A DNA stretch of 62,611 nt, filler included, from Rhabdomonas costata (Eukaryota), in assembly GCA_019059605.1 (NCBI GenBank). It is 22 parts of 22 records of this genome, joined end to end, with 100 filler letters (N's around TTAATTAATTAA, not from the genome) between each part and the next. Parts side by side here need not be neighbours in the genome. Positions count along the whole stretch, not along the records: positions 1 to 2,755 come from JAHMHO010002147.1; positions 2,856 to 5,605 come from JAHMHO010002148.1; positions 5,706 to 8,459 come from JAHMHO010002149.1; positions 8,560 to 11,314 come from JAHMHO010002150.1; positions 11,415 to 14,168 come from JAHMHO010002151.1; 17 more parts are not named here. One strand, written 5' to 3'. The notes under the pieces were generated by a model. The model was not told where the DNA came from, did no database searches, and worked only from the letters and a program-made list of their open reading frames with translations. Made by a program: the position numbers and the translations under genes. The stretch's first letter is position 1. Every line of letters starts with the position of its first letter. Of this stretch, positions 1 through 13,130 are shown in pieces.

Positions 1-458
1 GGGTGTGTGGCAGTGGGAGGGTGCCGGGAATTCAAGGCCTGCTCCGTCCCCGCTCTGCTTCGCTGCGGGGTGTGTGAGAGCGCACTTGTGTGATTGTGTA
101 TGTGTGATTGATTGTGTGCGAGATTGTCACGAAAACCGTGACTTATGCACGAAGTGTGCGATTCCTGCGCCCTCGTCAAGGACGGACAAAATTAGGGTTG
201 CCGTCTACGCAGGGTGCGTGCATGATGAGTGCGTCGGTTGTTGTTGCCCATGTTTTGTTTTCGGGAACCGAAATTCCCAGAAACCGGCCCATCGTAACCG
301 GAAATCAGCCAATGTCTTCGGCACTTCAGCACTGAATTCTTGGCCTTTATAGAGCCTTTTACTAGTTTTGGTTTTTGTTTTAACCTCCAGCTCTGCTCCC
401 AGCTGACATGCGTGCAAAATAGCAGGAAAGATGGCCTCTCATTTGTTTTCCTGCACAG

Positions 459-2066
459 GGCCACGTGCGAGGGCTGGTGGGGCTGCGCAACCTGGGCAAC
501 ACCTGCTTCATGAACGCCAGCCTACAGTGCCTGCTGCACACAGAGCCCTTGGCCCACTACTGCCTCTCGGGAGCCCACCGGGCCCACATCCGGATGGATG
601 CCAAGCTGAAGGGCAGGCTCATCGAGGGTGCGCAACCCCCCCCCCCCCATTCTCCTCTCCAGAGAAGCAGTTCCTACCTCCTTTCCTACTGGTCGCCCGA
701 AGTCGTAGTAGACGGCAGGCTTGATGGGTTCTGATGCGGCGTCCACAGCCTGCACATTTAGCGCCATGGAAAGGTCATTTGCAGAAGCACGGAGGGACGC
801 CCCCCCCCCTTCATGATCTCTCACTCCTTTGCAGCGTTTGCTGACCTGGTGTGCGCGGCGTACGGCACCAACAGCAGCAGCGGCGGAGGGAAGTCCGCCG
901 AGCCCTCCTCCTCTTCGAACACTGCGTCATCCACGTCGGCCACAGTGATATCCCCTCACCAAGTCAAGGCCTTGGTCGGGTGCTGGGCGTCCGCTTTTGC
1001 AGGGTACCGGTATGTCTGTTTGACTCCGGGGGAGGGGGGAGTGAGCTTTGCATTAGTATTATTCTTGAACACATCAATGTTATTCCCGTTCAGCACTGTT
1101 CTCTTGGGACTTGCTGGTGGCGCGTGAGCGGGCCTGGTGGTGTCGAAAAAACAGTGTTAAGGGCAGGCTGCCCTGCCGCTGTGAGGGTCATGCAGGCTCG
1201 GCTGGAGCGTCGCTCGTGCCTTGTGTGTTTGTATAATCCACCGCCGCGGGTTGGAACCCCTTATGCTTATGCCCTATGTTCTCTCTCTCTTTATCGTGCA
1301 CGCGGGGGGGGGGTCCTTCGGCCATTGCTATCTGCCCCGCTTCATACTGACGTGTTGCATTGCGCGCTTTTCTTATGTTCACCTGCCTCCCACGACTCTC
1401 CTTCAAGTGTGGTGCTCTCCCATATTCTCCCGTTGCTTTCTCCTCTTTCTGTGGTGCTGTTGGCTGCGTCCGATCTTGATCACAGTGAACGATTGGTTTG
1501 GATTTGGTGCGGTTTCTGCCACCTTGCTTCGGTGTGTTGCTAGGGTTGTCGTTTAACGGGTGTTCTCTTCCGACCTGATGTAGCTGTTTGTTTTGATCCA
1601 AAGTTTGCTGCGTCAAACCCAACATGTTAGCACGCGCGCATCCCATCCAATTCACCTCCTTTTTTTTCTGCCTGCGTCATCTTTCTTTTGTGCGGCGGTT
1701 CGACGTGGAGGACCTTTGACGCTGGACATTTATTGGCCTTGTGTCGGGTGTGCCGTTGCTTCCTTAAGATTAAAAACCCAAGATGGGTTCCATGGGTTGC
1801 AGTTCGAGTGCCGGACAGAACTGGCACAACGTTGGTAAAGTTGAAGGGACAATTTTATCCGAGCGGGGGTCTGGGGGTTTCTCACAGGCAGCAGGATGCG
1901 CAGGAGTTCCTGCGGTACTTCCTGGACGGCCTGCACGAGGACAGCAACACCATCCGCAAGCCCCCGCCGTACCAGGAGCTGCGCGACGTCCCCGGAGAGG
2001 GCGACACGCAGACTGCGGAGCGGTGGTGGCAGTACTACCGGAGTCGTCACGACAGCTTCATCACTG
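459..2066 (+). CDS. Ubiquitin-specific protease (peptidase C19, USP2/USP8-like catalytic domain), partial, 3 exons
   Basis: Exons 459-627, 835-1009 and 1888-2066 join in frame across GT-AG introns. They give the Cys box [18 protein letters not shown] and the motif [23 protein letters not shown]. Confidence 0.93.
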
Positions 2067-2755
2067 GTGTGTGTTCCCACGGACACAGAAAATGAGAGAG
2101 AAGAATCGATTAACTCGGTGATCAAACGACGAGCGGGTCGAGCAGCTGCATGTTCTCACCAGAGGCTGCATGCAGCCTGCGCTGGCTGCTATACAGTGCC
2201 TACGAGCCGCAGAGGGCACCGTCTCTCCTCCTGGCCTCGGACTTCCATTCCTGGCGCCCCAGTCTTCAGCATTCCCACACCCAGGGAGAGAGAGAGTAGC
2301 TATCGTGCGATGTGGCCGTGTCGCCGCACCACCACCACGCACCCCTACAACTTCCTCTACTATGCCTTGTGGTTTTGTGCGATTTCCTTGATGACCGATT
2401 TTTCTTGCCATTCTGTGATTGCACTTCTTACTCCAAACACTGGGCATCTTCCCCGACTTGCAAACTGTAGTTTTGATCCCTTTGTGACACAGACAAAGAG
2501 CATTCAGAATGCAAAGATATTCTTATTCTTCTTTCTCGCATTGATCGGAGAAAGCTGCGAACTCCAGGGGTCTCCATTATAGTTTCTCTACCAGTTTGAG
2601 AAGAGTTAAGAAGGTGCGCGCATGCACATACATATTTTAGTTGACGTTTCTATGCTCTTTCTTCCGCTCTGTCCTTCCTTCCTGGAATTCCTCTTTGGTT
2701 CCTGCGAGAGAGGGGTGTACCCTCCTCCCCTTTTTGCCCGGTGCACCACAACACA

Positions 2756-2855
2756 NNNNNNNNNNNNNNNNNNNNNNNNNNNNNNNNNNNNNNNNNNNNT
2801 TAATTAATTAANNNNNNNNNNNNNNNNNNNNNNNNNNNNNNNNNNNNNNNNNNNN
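2756..2855. other. Artificial contig-joining spacer (first of 21)
   Basis: N-run + TTAATTAATTAA (stops in all six frames) + N-run. It recurs every ~2.85 kb, starting near 5605, 8460, 11315, 14169, 17022, 19877, 22730, 25582, 28429, 31281, 34131, 36981, 39830, 42678, 45526, 48373, 51223, 54070, 56920 and 59767. The window is a concatenation of 22 unlinked contigs. Confidence 0.98.
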
Positions 2856-2875
2856 GGTGTGTGTTTGGTGTGTTG

Positions 2876-3084
2876 GGGACCATGACGTGGAGGTAGATGA
2901 AGCGGTCGGGAAACTTGTTGGGGTAGCGGGGCTCGGTGACAGCCTTGCTGTGAGGCCCGGTCAGGTTCACGACGTGGGAGATGCCCAAACGAGCCAAGGT
3001 GGCAGAGTCTTCTGCGGGAGTGATACTCGAGAGAAATAACTGGCCCGGGAGAATCTGTGCCGGATCCGAACAGAAACCCTCCAT
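2876..3084 (-). CDS. Dual-specificity protein phosphatase, N-terminal part (runs off contig)
   Basis: MEGFCSDPAQILPGQLFLSS...LARLGISHVVNLT...PNKFPDRFIYLHV is the typical start of a DSP domain. An AG lies 6 nt upstream of the ATG. Confidence 0.82.
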
Positions 3085-3949
3085 GGCACGCTGGAGAAGT
3101 TTCACCCAATAAAAAACTGCTAAGAAATGAATACAGAATTAGAAGCAGTCACCCGTCACCCGTTCCTATTTTTCATGGCACACCAGACCACTTCGTTTCG
3201 ACGTGGTCAAAAGCATCTCCGTCTGTCTCTTGGGAAGACGGGTTTCCATTGCACAACACGACTTTTGGAATGGAAACAACTATTGCACACTAAGCCTGTC
3301 ACTGACTCATGGATTTGCATATTACATATATTACCTTACCGGCTCATCCCAAGAACCAGGTTACGAGGTAGGTACAAAGCGTCTTTGAAATTGTGCTGAG
3401 ATACGTCGAGGGTGTTAAACAGCATGTTCGAGAAACGTGCTCCTATTCCTCCTGTTCCGCGTTACGCCCAAACGGGCCCAAGCGGCATCGAAAAGCAGAG
3501 TGTTCACGACGTGTAGCACAGGCAAGTGGGCAGCACAGCACGACAACCGAAGATACAAAGCAGGGCGCACCAAAACGAGCGTATTAGGGTCGGGAGAGGG
3601 CACTGGTGAAAGGAGATGCAAGCACGACATCATGAAAAGAGAGGGTTCAACAGGGTGCGATAATGGGCAAAGCGAGATGGGCGGGTGAGGCGGGTGAAGC
3701 AGCGCAGCACTAATTTTCGGTGCGGTCACAACTAATGTAAGAAAGTCTCTAGGCTCAGGCCCCCGGAAAAATCACCACTCAGTGGATGAGCACGGGAATC
3801 CACGTAGCGCATTCGCGGGCAAGCGAGTGTGTGTGGGTGCACGTTTGAAAGAACGTGAGAAACCATCGGGGGGTTCGCTAAGGTGAGCTCTGATGAAAGG
3901 ATCCTCACGTGTGCGTTCTGAGCGTGAGCGAGGGTAAATTGTTGGCGCG

Positions 3950-5502
3950 TCACTCCTCAGAGTACTCCACGATCTCCACCACGGACTGCACCACAACTTC
4001 CACCTCCACGATCAGCTTGTTATCCTTCACGAACCCCGACGCCGGGTCAAGCACCTCTTCCACCTTTTGACAGACGTGTGGGCGTGTGGGTGAGTGCGAA
4101 AATGGGCGGACAGACTTCCACGGTCTCACTACTCACTTCTTCGTAATGTCGTCTAAAAGCCAACGAGCCCCGATCCCAGCCACCCCTATCACCCAGGGTC
4201 ACTTATTTAGGTTCCTCATTTTCAACCTTTCAATTTTCTCGAAGACAATTGCAAGCCTCAAGAGGTGGTAAGTGCATGAAGATAGACATAGATCAAATTT
4301 CTTATGAAAAACAGAACTACTTTGCTTCCTTTTTATCTCTTCCAATCTCGGCCATATACCTTGGCAAAGGCCGGGAAGCCCCAACCCCGCACAGAGTCCG
4401 CCCACTCGCGGGAGATCGCCTCGGTGATCTTCACGATGCTTTTTTCTTGCGAGAACTGGTTGAGGATGCGCAGCGTGTAGGGCCCTGAGAAAAGCACTCA
4501 AAAGTCCAGCTAAGTTTATGAACAAGAAAATCCGGGAGGTTCGCTAAAAACACACAAATAAGATTAGGGACAAGTCTTTCGTTACGCTTTGCGCTACGCT
4601 TCGACCTGGGGATAGGATCCGCCTTCAGCAGAAGGGAACAAGGCAAAACATCATAACTGCAATCACTTGCATCTCTAATTCTTTGGTTTCGTTTTGCTTC
4701 AGTAAATAAAGAACAGCTGCGGCAGATTTGCTGAAGGGCATAATGGTGAAACTGCGATAGGTCGCGCGAGTCCCATGGGCACACAAGAGAAGGAAAGGAG
4801 CTTTTCGAACCCTCCACTTTGAAGGTCGCGGAGGCCTCGCGTGAGAACAGCCGGATACTGACGTATCCCTTGTGACGCTTGTCCTCGCCGTTGGGCCATA
4901 TCTTCAGCTTCCTGCGCGCCAGAACCAAGGCAGACTGATGGTAAGCAGCGGGGTCAACGGAAAAATACGGGGCAATACGCATAGTTAAGCAAATACCTGA
5001 GGCTCTGTGATGCGGCCTTATGTGGTGAAAGATCGGTTCCTTATTCACCCCAAACACTCCTTTGAACATAATTCTAACAGGAGAGGAATACGGGGAAGGG
5101 GTTTTTAAACGAAGACACGGTCACATAACGCTGATGCTTTTCTTCCATTTCATTTTCACAATTTTCTTTGCACGCTCTTTGAAGTTTCACAAAACATTCT
5201 TTGCGGTTGGTTCGAACACGGTGACCAATGTGATAAGAAAGACGACGGGCAAAAACAAAAATCCACATCACACATCCCAGGCTTGAGACTGACCATGTTT
5301 TGTCCGAGTTTTTTTTCCTGTGGGCTTCTTGCCACCACCGTTGCGAGAAGCGGAACGAGGCCGTGATAAATAGCTCACAGGAGCAAGCCAGGAGTTCAAT
5401 TCAGAGGGTGCTAGTGCGCGAACCATGAGGAGTCCAGGTCGACGTCAATGACCTGCTTCTTGGCTAGCTGCTCGAAGTTGTTGATGATGCACTTGAACTT
5501 CC
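3950..5502 (-). CDS. MATH/TRAF-domain protein, last 4 exons
   Basis: Exons 5502-5424, 4911-4811, 4484-4360 and 4063-3950 are all GT-AG and phase-consistent. Translation: GKFKCIINNFEQL...SWKLKIWPNGEDKRHKGYVSIRL...YTLRILNQ...GWGFPAFAKVEEVLDPASGFVKDNKLIVEVEV..*, the hallmarks of a MATH domain. Confidence 0.88.
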
Positions 5503-6654
5503 CTGGTCACGAACAGCCACAGTAACAGCGCAACCATGCAAGCATGCAAGAAGTATGAGAACCAAACCAAGGAACTATGCCCTGTGACGTTTTTTCTCCC
5601 ACCCCNNNNNNNNNNNNNNNNNNNNNNNNNNNNNNNNNNNNNNNNNNNNTTAATTAATTAANNNNNNNNNNNNNNNNNNNNNNNNNNNNNNNNNNNNNNN
5701 NNNNNGTTGTGGGGTAGAAGCCAGCAACACCTCGCAGGGTGGTGGTGCGGTCCCAGGGGGGGACCAGCGGCAGAAGCCGAGGTTTCTGAGAAGGAAAGAG
5801 CGAATGAGAGAGAGGAAGCAAGAGGGAGCCATGTGCGGACGCAAGGGTGGGGACCACAGATTATTACAACGGAAGCCCCGCGAGCTAACCAGGGTATCAG
5901 GTTTATGAGCCTATTTGTGGGTGCCCTGCCGTCGGACTTGTGTGTGTTTGTGCTGACTTTCGAGAACGCGTTTTTGTCGAGGAACTTTGTGAATTCTATG
6001 TTTCCTCCACCGGGGTGACGAAGGGCGGCGGCTTTGACGTGTGCACTGGCAAGGCCTCAGTTTGCACTTTCGTTGCATCGCGAGTCTTCTGGAAACTGAG
6101 CAGAAGCGACAAGTTGCCGACAGTTTGCCGCAGCTCGTTTTATGAAAGCAAACTCTCATTTTGCATCCGGTGCGATGCATCTTAGCGGAAAGGGTTGTCA
6201 ATCGGTTTGACAACGTTATACAAGTTAACGTTGTTAAACACTGAGGAACAAATCTCGGGACTGTTGGGTTGGTGTTTGTGGGTGGACTTTTGTGCCCTTG
6301 CCCGGGATAAACGGTTCCCAGGGGAGTACAGTTTAATGGGTCGGGACTGTATAAGCCAGCGCCGCGGCCGCGGGAGCGGTCCCCCGCGTTGCAGCGCTGG
6401 GGGTTCTTGGGCTAAGTTTCGCACCTGACCGGTTATCGGATCCCTCTCAATGTGCTGAACGGTCTTTTAAGAGGTCCTAAATGCATCCATCCTGAAGGAC
6501 CCTCCACCGAAACACTCTGCCGAATTCTTTCCTCCGCAGGGCTTTTTGTTTTTCCTTTGCCCCTTTCCTGTACTTTGCCCGGAAGGGTTTTTTTTCGCCT
6601 CGGGTGCCCGTCCCGTCACCCTGGCTTCCCTCCCGCCCGGCGTGGCCTAGACCA

Positions 6655-8181
6655 ATGCCCCCACAGATCCGGTTGGTCTTCTTCGAGTCCTACAAAGGCA
6701 ACCGGGTCAGTGAGCACGTGGAGTCGATCCGTTTCCGCTTCCCTGTTAGGTCAGTGCGAATTTCTTTCTTTTCCTCTCAATTGGTGGTTGCTCACGAGTT
6801 CCACTCGAAAAACACACCTAAGTGAGATACAAGGGAGCAAAGGGGGTGCGGTGCGTCTTCAGTTAAACAAAATTGCACATGGCCACATGAAAACAGCAGC
6901 AAAGTGCGTCATGAGCAGTCGGTTTGTGTCCGCGGTCCACATTCTTGAACCGTACAGCGATAAGCAACCCCTTCCTGCGCAACCTTCTCACGTCCTCGCA
7001 TCCCTCTCACGTCCACCGCCTCACATCGTGTGCTCTTGTCCGGGTTTCCTGGTCTTTCAGGAGCAGTGCTCATGCATTGGTTGTATTTTCTTTGCTTTAT
7101 ACTCTCTTTATACTCTCTCGCTTTTTTGTGTGCTTGTTAGGTTGCACCGCCTCCGTGTGCTACCTTTGCAATATGAACCCCAGGTGAGCGTCTATGTGTG
7201 TATGCATGCGCGCGTGTATGTGAACTGAATTTCTTTCGTCTGTTTGGGCCCTTTTGGAACTTTAAATAGGTTTAAATGTTTGTCTGCACCTTACTTGGGT
7301 AAGTTCCCTTTACCCCGACCAGTTTTTGTCCCTTGAGAGCTCTTCTGCTAGCATCTTTTGGGGCTAATGAACGGCATACCTAGAATTCCAAGACATCGCA
7401 GATGGTTTGGCACATGACACCCTTTTCCCTTCTTCATAAGCAACTTCATAACTTCATCAGTTTGGCAACTCGTCTTCATTCTTTTGCACTTTTAAGAATC
7501 TCGATGTCTGTTGGCAGCGTCCCCGACGTGTGTGGGCGCTAGGGTTGTGGGCTTATCTGGGTGGATGTGTGCCGATGTGTGTATGTTCACACCTTGCGCG
7601 CATCGTCGTGCGCGATTCGAGACGGTCGCCTCGCCTTTTGACATGTTTTTTGTTTTGTGGGGAACGCGACTGGTGGTGGGCTCAGGTTCCCGTGCGTCAC
7701 AAGAAAGGGGTTACCAACCCCTCGGCAATGGAGATAGAGATTTTCGGCCGCCCCTATGTGTGCCGCTCCGCGGTGTTCCAGAAGCTGGCACCCACCTTCG
7801 AGTACTGCGAGGCAAAATCCCGCTTGGAGTGCTCGCTGGACAGCTCGGTATTCAACTTTTTGGAGAGTGTGGAAACCTAGAAACATCACTTCTTGATTCT
7901 CTGCACTTTCTCGAAGAAAGGACAGCTTTGCTTGGAGCAAAAGTCATCGCGTACAACGGAATTTAGAAGAGTTGATGCAGTCATGTGGTTCCGATTGGCG
8001 TGTACCTAGTTGTAGATTTGCCAGTTGTTTTACAATGAGGATTTCAATTCTCGGTTTTGCCCCTGCTCGTGTCTTACACCACATTGTTTTCACCCACAGG
8101 TTCTGACCGATCATGTCTGCTTTCGCGCCCGCTACCAAGGCCTCACTCTGCTGCTCTACGGGGAAATCTTCAACCGGCAGG
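6655..8181 (+). CDS. Virilizer N-terminal (VIR_N) domain protein, VIRMA/KIAA1429-like; first 4 exons
   Basis: Exons 6655-6749, 7141-7183, 7686-7847 and 8100-8181 are GT-AG and in phase. Translation: MPPQIRLVFFESYKG..SEHVESIRFRFPVRLHRLRVLP...GVTNPSAMEIEIF...SAVFQKLAPTFEY...VLTDHVCFRARYQGLTLLLYGEI. This is colinear with the recalled VIR_N pattern (LLF.DTFKH..HID.VRF..RVIP..GETSP..F.RL..EY..TD.LV.RGWY..LTLAIYG). Confidence 0.78.
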
Positions 8182-8835
8182 GTTGCCCTGTTGCTGTGCT
8201 CTTGTTAATCTGATCTTTCGGGAGTTTCTCAAAGCGCTTTTTTGAGAGAGTTCTTGCGGCTTCGCTTTTTCCTCTGAACTGCACAGAGCACGCGCGTGCA
8301 TTTCTGAACGCACACCCGCCGTTGGAATGGAAACAATTCCCTCCAGTAGTTCAGTGTTACACTTGTGTCACCCCCTTGAACTTGCGTCTACCACCCGATT
8401 TCACCGCGTCATGTATTGGTCCCTTCCAAGCTTTCGCACTGTGGGGGCGTGAGCCACACNNNNNNNNNNNNNNNNNNNNNNNNNNNNNNNNNNNNNNNNN
8501 NNNTTAATTAATTAANNNNNNNNNNNNNNNNNNNNNNNNNNNNNNNNNNNNNNNNNNNNGGGTTCGGGTACATCACACGGCATACTGTATGTTGGGGGGG
8601 CAAGCTCTCCCGCCCTCCCGTTCTCCTGGTCTTCTCTTTGTGGACATCTCTGAAAACGTGCAACGGACTTCAGTATTTCTCCCAGACCGCCCCGGGGCTG
8701 GCTTTTGCAGCCTTGGCGTGAATTGGGCCGCTGTTCAAACTCGTGCAGTAATCGGCGGGGGCGAAGTTACTTGTGGTCCACGTAAGCACTGCATGTGCGG
8801 TGGGAAATTGAAGAAAGGAAGGAATAGATCGCATC

Positions 8836-9150
8836 CTCACATCCACACCTCACATCCATCCAACCTGCCATCCTCCCAACCATCCAACCTCCCAACCTTG
8901 ACCACCACACCCAACTCACCCTCCAACCCAACCCGACCTCCGAACCCTCAGACCTCCGAATCCAAACCCCACTCCGAACCTCAACCCAACGTCAATCCCA
9001 CGTGACCCTTCCACTCCAACCCAGACTCCTCCTCCAACTCAACTCACCATCCGACTCAGAACCTCAACTCCAACTCCTCCATCCACTCCAACTCCGACTC
9101 CACTCCACTCCACTCCACTCCAGGAACCCTCCATCTCACTCGAATACCCC
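8836..9150. repeat. C/A-rich low-complexity tract with CTCCA pentamer runs
   Basis: Contains ccactccaactccgactccactccactccactccactcc. Similar composition in the opposite orientation (G/T-rich) occurs at 21130-21590 and 22200-22700. Confidence 0.7.
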
Positions 9151-9354
9151 AAAACAAGAAAGCCTCAAGCAAAGACCCGATCCCCGAAGGAAGAATGCAG
9201 AAATCGGAACCCAAAACCCAAAAAGACGAAAACCAAAAACCATACACCGAAGCGAAAAAAATAAAAACAGGAGGGCCATCTTTCCTGCTTCTCGTGAAAA
9301 AATCCACACCCAGGGTCAAAAAATACCCCCTGGGTCAAAAACTTCCACCGAAAT

Positions 9355-9394
9355 TCCGTAAATCCACCACTTTGATAAGTGGTGGATTTACGGA
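9355..9394. repeat. Perfect 18-bp hairpin with a 4-nt loop
   Basis: tccgtaaatccaccactt-tgat-aagtggtggatttacgga, internal to the contig. Confidence 0.85.
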
Positions 9395-12300
9395 GGAGGG
9401 GTGCAGAGGGTGCATTACTGACGTCTGTGGACATACGGCTCGGCTCTGAGCACGTCACAGCGAGAGTGGTTCGCAAGCTGTTCTGCGGGTCGGGCTGCCA
9501 GCCCGGTTAAACTCCGCCGTCAAAGCGTCGCGCAACAGCTTGCAAGCAAGCGCTTGCCACTGCGCTGAAGGTGGGGCACTGGAAGCGACGCAGGCGACCA
9601 GTTAGCACCGGAAAACCCAACTCCAAGAATCGTTCTCCAGGATGCAACCAGAAAGTCCTGGTCAAAGGCAGCACATTCGTTGTACAATGCCGTGCGTAGC
9701 AGGTGTATAAAGCAAAAGCGTCACACCAAAATGCATAAATGCAACGCAAGCGGGCAAATGGCGGTGGGGGGGCGTGTCGGGTCCAGCTGCCGTCCTTTAC
9801 TAGCAAAACCATCCTTACTGAGATCCCAAAAGACGATAGCGCAGAAATATATCTGGGATCCCCAACCATCGCGATTTCCGCGTCTTCAACACGCCTGCTG
9901 GGCATGGTTTTTCTTGAAAGGCCTCAATAATGGGTCGGATAAACCCTACCCTGGTGTTTCTTTGTGCTGTCACTGCACAAAGAAAATTTACTTTGTTTTC
10001 TTCTAACCGTGTCGTGGTGATCTTTGGTGCTTCTTTTGGCGAAGCTTTGCGGAGGTGGAAGTTGACCCACGTTAAATCACAGCTAAATCAAGTTACATCA
10101 AGTCAATAAAAAAGTTAAAGCATATGTTTGCGTATTTTACCCCCGGAACCCCGCGGAAATTTCGAAATATTGTATAGTGTTGATCAAAGTATTGATCGAA
10201 ATTTGTTATTGTGTTCTTCCATGCGCTGCAGGGGGGTGCAAGGTTTGCAGGGGTATTTTTCACAGGATGGCTGGCCCTGATGTTCCATGCCCTTGTGACG
10301 ATCAGGTGCAAGCACTTGCCGGACCAGGTGCTCAGAAATATTCGTGCTGGTTAGGGTAAGTGGATTTTTTGTTGTGGATTTTTTGGACTGTGCGAGATCG
10401 CTGAAAAAAGAAAAGAACTGCCGCCTGCTGCAATCCTACGCTATGTGGCGAGAAGCCAATTTAACCCAATTTAGCAACTTGTGAAAATTGTCAATCGTAA
10501 AGAGACAACCCCAATTCACATCAAATAAAAGTAATTTAGAAACTACTCATGAAGACTTTCCTACTTTCTATATTTGTGTTTTCATCAGCAATTTTCCGAC
10601 GATCCCGCACCACCGAAAATTACTTCCGTTACATGATGAGTCCTATAGCTAATTGCAGTTGGCGCGGGCGCGACAGGTGGCGTGAAGTACCACAGCTGTG
10701 CAGAGTGGTGGCTTAGACCGGCGTAAATGAAGCACACAAACGAGCTCCAGCTGTCGTGGTTCTTATCCTGGTTGATCCCGACTGAGTGAGTTTGGTGGGC
10801 ACCAGGCTGTGTGGCGCTGGGGAAAGAAGCGGCACAAGATTTAAATAATTAAGGAAAGAGAGGGGCACGGGTGGGTACCGGCCTGAGGGTGCAAGGACCG
10901 GCCTACGCAGCGTTTTGGAAGGCCCACTGTACAAAAGACCTCGGGCCTACATCGACTTCGCCCTCAGAAAGCTTGTACCCTCATAGGTAACACCAAACAT
11001 TAGTGGTTTAATTTGTGTTCTAGGTTCCTGAAAATGAATACTTCATGCTTAAATTTTCACGAACAAACATTAACGAACAGAGATTAACCCACTGGCTGAA
11101 TAAAATTCCGTCCAAGTAACTCTCATCTTACCCTTGTGTGCACCTTACCCTATTAATTGCTTTTTTATATGGTTTTGAAAGTGTCCTTGCTATTGTTTGT
11201 CCGCAGCTTCAGCACCATCAGCTCGGAGCCAAACTCACGCTCCATATGCACCGCTGTTGGACTTGTCTTCGATTGGTGCTTGTTTGCTTCTTTCCTCCCC
11301 CCCTCCCCACCACCNNNNNNNNNNNNNNNNNNNNNNNNNNNNNNNNNNNNNNNNNNNNTTAATTAATTAANNNNNNNNNNNNNNNNNNNNNNNNNNNNNN
11401 NNNNNNNNNNNNNNTGTGGGGGTGGTTTTCTGCCTGTAGTTGAGAGTGGAGTGATGATGGCTTTGGTATGGTTGTGGTCTGAGTGATTCTGAAAGAGTGT
11501 TGATATGAGTTCTTGGATGGGGTGGGGGAAAAGCTCTTCCAAGAACACGGACACAGGACACGTGGATCTGACAGGTAGTGGAATGAGAGGAGGAAGTGAG
11601 GAATAAGAGACCCGTCTTGTGGGTAATGCCCAATGCAAGATGCTGAATGACTGAGTGGATAAGTTTGTGGGGGAGAGAAGGGCAGTCATTCGTCAGGAAA
11701 CTGGTGAGGGGATTTATTGTGGTCACCTACAGGGAGTTTTGGGTTGGGAGCACTGTAGAGAATGTCCGTGTCCAGGTGTGCTCTGCCTCGCTCGTGGCGT
11801 GCACTCGTTCACGCGACTTGCGCACACATACAAACACACACACATAGACACAGACCAGAAAAAACACGTTTTCCTTCGTTCCGCGGTGCTGTTGATAAGG
11901 TGACGGAATGGGGGCCACAGTTTGATTTTTGGCATTGTGTGTGTGAGCCTTCCTCTGTGGGTTTGTGCGTGTACTGTGGCTGCCGTCTCCATCTTTGCGC
12001 CGTGGCTCATTTGCTTTTCTTTCTTGTCATCCTTTCTGATCTTTTCTGCTTCTCTCTTACTCTCTCACCCTCTCTTTTCAAACGGAATGCGTTTGCAAGG
12101 TCGTGCGGATCGATGGGGTAGCCTAGAAAGCCTAGCCTACCCCATATCCCCACCTGCAACTTTTCTTGTTAGCCGCCCTTCCTTCTCTTCCCCCTTCCAT
12201 CCCTTCACTCTATCCCCCACCCAAGACCTCTCGCGTGCCCTAACCCCTTGATGACGTGTTTGCCGACTTGTGCTCCTTAAAACCGTTTCACAGTCTGAAT

Positions 12301-12789
12301 AGGGCATGTTCTTCAGTATCAGTTCCTGGCTGCGTCTGAGAAGCCTTTCGCGAAGTCATGCGCGGCACCCATTACCTGCTGCATGTGCGTTCATGTGTAC
12401 CATGCGTGGTGCTTTTCTCGTTTGGGCGCTGGAAGAGGGAATGGGAATCCCCCTCCCCCTCCCATTTGCTCGGTGTTTGGTGTCATGAAGCCCGCGGTTC
12501 CATTAGGGATGGCCAAAGCGTATATCCGGCGACCCGGGCGTCAGCCAGTAGGTGAGGATACTCGGAAGTGCAGAGAAATGAGTGGAGGGCTGATTGCCTT
12601 CTTCTAGAGGGAGAGGAGGATCACGAGGCACGCCGAGAGCCACCTTCGCAGCCTGGAGGCGTTCGAGTCGAGTGCGTCGGGAATCCCTCCGAATTGTTTT
12701 CGAAAAGTTTTCCTCCATGTTAGTGTCACACGGAAAGTTCTCCTTGGAAAAATAACTGGCATGTTTTTGTTGGTTGTTGTGGTAGCGAA

Positions 12790-13130
12790 CACCGATCAGC
12801 CCTGTTGAGTCAGTACTTCTCACCAGCCAAAAACCCACAGAATGGAGTTGCCTTGCTAACGGGCTGTTGGCACGTCAAGGCCAGGTTGGTTTCCTGCGCC
12901 CTTCCTTCTGAACGTTGAACAATCACCAGAATAATTCTCTTTCATGGGGTCAATAACCAGCAATGACGCACTGCACCTTGGGTAGAAGAGTCAGAGAATT
13001 GTCTGGTTGTTCGGCTTTTGTGGGCTAGCGACTCCTTTCCCTTTAATGATCACCTCTCTGTGGGCTTCCGCTCAGCTGCTTTGGCTCGTCAGCAGCATAT
13101 TGAAAAAAGGTGAACATTTCATCCAGCTTT
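12790..13130 (-). pseudogene. Possible decayed non-LTR (LINE-like) reverse transcriptase remnant
   Basis: Frameshifted fragments FFNMLL..IKGKGVASPQKPNN.TI..LTLLPKV and VGFWLVRSTDST loosely recall LINE RT motifs (IPKG..NYRPISL; Q.GFR.GRST). Weak. Confidence 0.28.

Noticed and set aside
2856-5502. MATH-phosphatase fusion protein
   Set aside because: The MATH gene ends in TGA at 3950-3952 and the phosphatase has its own ATG at 3084. They are two tandem genes.
11414-11700. DIRS-type methylase-like remnant (AFPP..ELI..L..AIITP across two frames)
   Set aside because: Too short and too low in complexity to support without a search.
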